Shown: positions 61,081-64,000 of the stretch, one piece after another
Layout: each line of letters opens with the position of its first letter
Numbering within the stretch: position 1 is the stretch's first letter
Assembly: GCA_963734495.1 (NCBI GenBank)
Contig: CAVTHK010000008.1
Location: 9,611-73,610, forward strand
Reading direction: 5' to 3'
Source of the DNA: an uncultured Spirochaetota bacterium
GTDB lineage: Bacteria > Spirochaetota > Spirochaetia > SZUA-6 > CAVTHK01
DNA length: 64,000 bases
Position numbers and translations under genes: made by a program
The notes under the pieces: generated by a model
Database searches by the model: none
Told to the model about the DNA's origin: nothing
The model's input: the letters and a program-made list of their open reading frames with translations, nothing else

Positions 61081-62319
61081 ATGCACGCGGAAATCGTCAT
61101 GATCGGAACCGAGCTCCTGCTCGGCGAGATCGTCGACACCAACGCAGTGTTGCTCGCCAGGATGCTTCGGGACGTAGGAATCGATCTCTTCTACAAGACG
61201 ACGGTCGGCGACAACGAACAACGAATCACCGAAGTGCTCGACCGCGCCCTTGACCGCTCCCACATCGTGGTTACATCGGGCGGCCTCGGGCCCACGGCAG
61301 ACGACGTGACGCGGCAGGCCGTGGCCCGGGCCACGGGGCGCGCCCTGGTCCACAGCGCGGAGCTGGAGGCTCAGATCGCCGCCCGGTTCCGCAGCTTTGG
61401 TCGGGCGATGGCGGAGAACAACAGGCAGCAGGCCTTTCTGCCGGAAGGCGCCCTGCCGCTCCCCAATCCGGTGGGCACGGCCCCTTGCTTTCTCAGCGAG
61501 GACACCAGGGGCCGTGGATTCGTCGTCTCGCTGCCTGGCGTTCCTCGCGAGCTCGAGTACATGATGACCCATACCGTCCTGCCGCTCCTGGTAGAGCGCG
61601 CCGGCGGCAAGAAGACCCTCAAGGTCCGCGTCCTGCGGACCTGCGCCGTAGGTGAAAGCAACGTCGACCGGGCTATCCGCGACCTGGAGCTGCTGGCCAA
61701 CCCGACTGTGGGGCTGTCGGCCCACGCCGGGCAGACCGACGTGCGCATCACTGCCAAGGCAGACACCGAGGCCGAGGCGCTCTCGCTGATTGCGCCCGTC
61801 GAAGCGGCGATCCGAAAGGCGCTTGGAGTAGCGATTTACGGAGTCGAGGGCCAGTCGGTGGCCGAGGTCGTGGGCCGGCTGATCTCCGACGCAGGTCTTG
61901 CGCTCGGCGTACTGGACACCGTCACCGACGGTCAGCTGGTGGTCGAGCTGCAGACGGCGGGCTACGGCGCGAGCGTGGCGAGAGATCTTCACCCGCACAC
62001 CCTGTCGGAGGTCTCGAGGTTCGTAGAGCTCGACATGAAGGACCGCGCAATCCCGACTCCGGCCGGCGAAGGGGCGCAGCTCGCCCTGTCTCTTGCGGAG
62101 AAGGTGGCCCCGCCGGGCGGCATCGGGCTTGCCCTCGTCGGTCCCTTCTCCGAAGAGACCGTCGCCATGGCCGTCTGCGGTCCGGGCGAGCTGCGCGTGG
62201 TGCGCTCGACGAGAGGCTTTCGACGCGAGCCCGAATACCGCAGGCGCTGGCTGATCATACAGGGTCTGGACTGGATTCGGCGGTCGTTGCTCCGGGAGCT
62301 GGATTCACCTGTCGACTAG
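61081..62319 (+). CDS. cinA: CinA-like protein (MoCF/ADP-ribose pyrophosphatase-type N-domain; degenerate PncC C-domain)
   Basis: IGTELLLGEIVDTN, VGDN, GGLGPTADDVT, NPVGTAP and LPGVPRE. Confidence 0.88.
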   Translation: MHAEIVMIGTELLLGEIVDTNAVLLARMLRDVGIDLFYKTTVGDNEQRITEVLDRALDRSHIVVTSGGLGPTADDVTRQAVARATGRALVHSAELEAQIAARFRSFGRAMAENNRQQAFLPEGALPLPNPVGTAPCFLSEDTRGRGFVVSLPGVPRELEYMMTHTVLPLLVERAGGKKTLKVRVLRTCAVGESNVDRAIRDLELLANPTVGLSAHAGQTDVRITAKADTEAEALSLIAPVEAAIRKALGVAIYGVEGQSVAEVVGRLISDAGLALGVLDTVTDGQLVVELQTAGYGASVARDLHPHTLSEVSRFVELDMKDRAIPTPAGEGAQLALSLAEKVAPPGGIGLALVGPFSEETVAMAVCGPGELRVVRSTRGFRREPEYRRRWLIIQGLDWIRRSLLRELDSPVD

Positions 62320-62593
62320 AGGCCCAGCCCGAGCCGACATGCACGCCCCTTCGCCGCGCGGCGATTCGCCGGAGTGGTGGCGTCCTCGAAGACGCCCCCA
62401 TCAAAGGCGCTCATCGCACCCGAAGCCGATGATCCGGACGCCCCCAGGATGAAACGCCAAGCGACTTGGGAAAACGCTTCGTGCTGACTGGCGATCATCT
62501 GAACGCGCTCATGGCACGCCCGTGAGCGGCCAGCGAAATCCGGCGGGTCATCCGGACGGACCCGAAAAGCCTCTCCCTCAATCCTTCATCGTT

Positions 62594-63592
62594 TCAAAGC
62601 TTTTCTACTGCGTCAGGCGTCCTGGCCTTGGGCTGCCGTGCGGGAACAGCGCCCGCCAGAAAAGCTGACGCATACCGAACGCGCCAATCAGGCCTCGTCT
62701 TGTCGAGGGGCTCCAAGCCCCAGTATTTCCATGGCCAGTCGTGTCTCAACGATCGATCACCGTCGTGGATGTCTTCCATCAGATCCACAAGCGGCTTCCA
62801 ACCCAGATCCCGTGCGACTCTTGTTCGAACCTGCAGATCGATTCCGGAAACGAACACGTACCCACCCGCACGGACCAATCCGGCAATGTTGCGTAGACAT
62901 TCTTCTGCGTCATGCTCATCCATGTGACACAGGAAATTGTTCGCCACCACGATATCCTGCGGACCGAGGATTGCGTGCAATCGCGGGTCTCTGGCGTCGC
63001 CGTGGTGCCACGTTATTCCGTCCCTGATCCATTGTTTGACCCTGACGGAATCCTCCCCCGCGTCGAACATTTCCCTCATCTCCTGTTCGGTCAAACGCTC
63101 GAAGGTCTTTGCCTCGCTGAACTCCGAATTGCGCAGGGAGTAGACTCCCCTCTGCGCAAACTCCAGTACTTCCTTCGAAATATCGACGGCATGCAGAATG
63201 ACCTTCAGGTCGGGCCGCGCTGAACGAACAGCCCACAAGATGGAATAGACCTCTGCCCCTTTGCTGCACGCGATCACCGAGATATTCAGGGGTGCCGCGG
63301 TTTCTTTCTGATTTGCGAGACGACAGATCAGTTCCAGTTGCGGGCGGTTTCGCAGGAACAGTGTGCCGAAATTCTGCCCTCTTGTGGCGGTTGTGCGGAC
63401 AAGCCGATGCAGGAGGTTTCCGTAGGCGCGGACCGCGCGAAGATCTCTCGGCAACGGAGGGAGACGATTCCAGAGCCATTGATTCAGGCGCAGATATGCC
63501 CTGATCGGCGATTTCCCGAATACTTTGAACATGACGATCTTCTCCAGAAATGGGCGGGACAGCCGCGCCGCGTGGCAGCCACAGTCTGTCAT
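62594..63592 (-). CDS. CheR-family SAM-dependent methyltransferase (orphan, atypical N-terminus)
   Basis: TLFLRNRPQL, ACSKGAEVYSI, AVDIS and QDIVVANNFL; ATG 63592 overlaps the upstream stop, alternative start 63532. Confidence 0.8.
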   Translation of the reverse strand: MTDCGCHAARLSRPFLEKIVMFKVFGKSPIRAYLRLNQWLWNRLPPLPRDLRAVRAYGNLLHRLVRTTATRGQNFGTLFLRNRPQLELICRLANQKETAAPLNISVIACSKGAEVYSILWAVRSARPDLKVILHAVDISKEVLEFAQRGVYSLRNSEFSEAKTFERLTEQEMREMFDAGEDSVRVKQWIRDGITWHHGDARDPRLHAILGPQDIVVANNFLCHMDEHDAEECLRNIAGLVRAGGYVFVSGIDLQVRTRVARDLGWKPLVDLMEDIHDGDRSLRHDWPWKYWGLEPLDKTRPDWRVRYASAFLAGAVPARQPKARTPDAVEKL

Positions 63593-64000
63593 GTGCTCAT
63601 CAAGGGGGTGCGTCGGGGTGCGCCACCCTGCGCAGCGCCTGAAGGCTCCATTTTCTGCCACATATCATTGAATACAAGGCTGTACTGTTCATCCAGGGCC
63701 TCGCGGAACTCTTCAACGCGTTGTCTGATCTTTGCTTTGAGCACATCTCGGTCTCTTTCGAGACCTCTGAATTGCTCGATCAACCTGGAAGAATCGAGCT
63801 GATTGATGTCGTTGGAGTATCGCGACAAGTCCATCTGCGCCATCAAAGAGACGCACTTGTGATGAAATGAGATCGAGAGGACTGGCTTGTTGAGAACCAG
63901 GGACAGCACCAGGTTGTGGAACCTGGTAGCTACCACGAAGTCGGTGGCAGCGATCTGCGACAGCAGTTGCTCGACAGTGAGAGCCGGTTCGTGGATGACA
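63589..64000 (-). CDS. Polysaccharide pyruvyl transferase family protein, C-terminal part (truncated by window edge)
   Basis: DFVVATRFHNLVLSL.LNKPVLSISFHHKC...MG/D motif. Confidence 0.85.
   Translation of the reverse strand, partial: VIHEPALTVEQLLSQIAATDFVVATRFHNLVLSLVLNKPVLSISFHHKCVSLMAQMDLSRYSNDINQLDSSRLIEQFRGLERDRDVLKAKIRQRVEEFREALDEQYSLVFNDMWQKMEPSGAAQGGAPRRTPLMST

Noticed and set aside
60451-62319. 622-aa DinB-CinA fusion ORF
   Set aside because: The DinB C-terminus (HQTHHRGQ) is in another frame and ends at TAG 60991; cinA has its own ATG at 61081. The fusion is a frameshift artefact.
62401-62432. Sigma-28-like TCAA...GCCGATGA
   Set aside because: The spacer is 20 nt (too long) and no gene lies downstream on that strand.

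Overview
High-GC (about 70%) window whose gene order and protein features point to a spirochaete (Spirochaetia/Treponema-like). This taxonomy is an inference. Positions 1-35.7 kb are core genome: the end of a flagellar export/regulation operon (flhA-flhF-flhG-ORF-fliA-fapA-ORF-ORF), a PBP gene coupled to a Maf/DUF115 gene, a LysM-M23 peptidase with a bactofilin-like membrane protein, secA, nnr, rpsF-ssb-rpsR-DUF2232-rplI-dnaB, and maf-rpsB-tsf-frr-uppS-cdsA-rseP with no pyrH and no dxr. Positions 35.9-64 kb are accessory: a FadR regulator, three ATPase-less sugar ABC systems, a D-2-hydroxyacid dehydrogenase, a GH2 glycosidase, a large ATP-binding LuxR regulator, a DUF6772/DUF6385-like pair, a secreted two-repeat protein, two MFS transporters, a decayed LacI remnant, DinB, a CinA with a degenerate PncC domain, and the edge of a lower-GC polysaccharide locus. 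About 7 genes carry short indels that are probably assembly errors. I found no tRNA, rRNA, CRISPR array or IS element. The best novel candidate is a roughly 70-nt sigma-28-promoted, intrinsically terminated small RNA (about 8017 to 7944, minus strand) at the end of the flagellar operon. It appears to belong to a small FliA regulon visible in the window. Other candidates are an uncharacterised glycoside/sugar-acid catabolic locus and several leaderless mRNAs, including secA. All family assignments come from motif recognition only; no database search was run.
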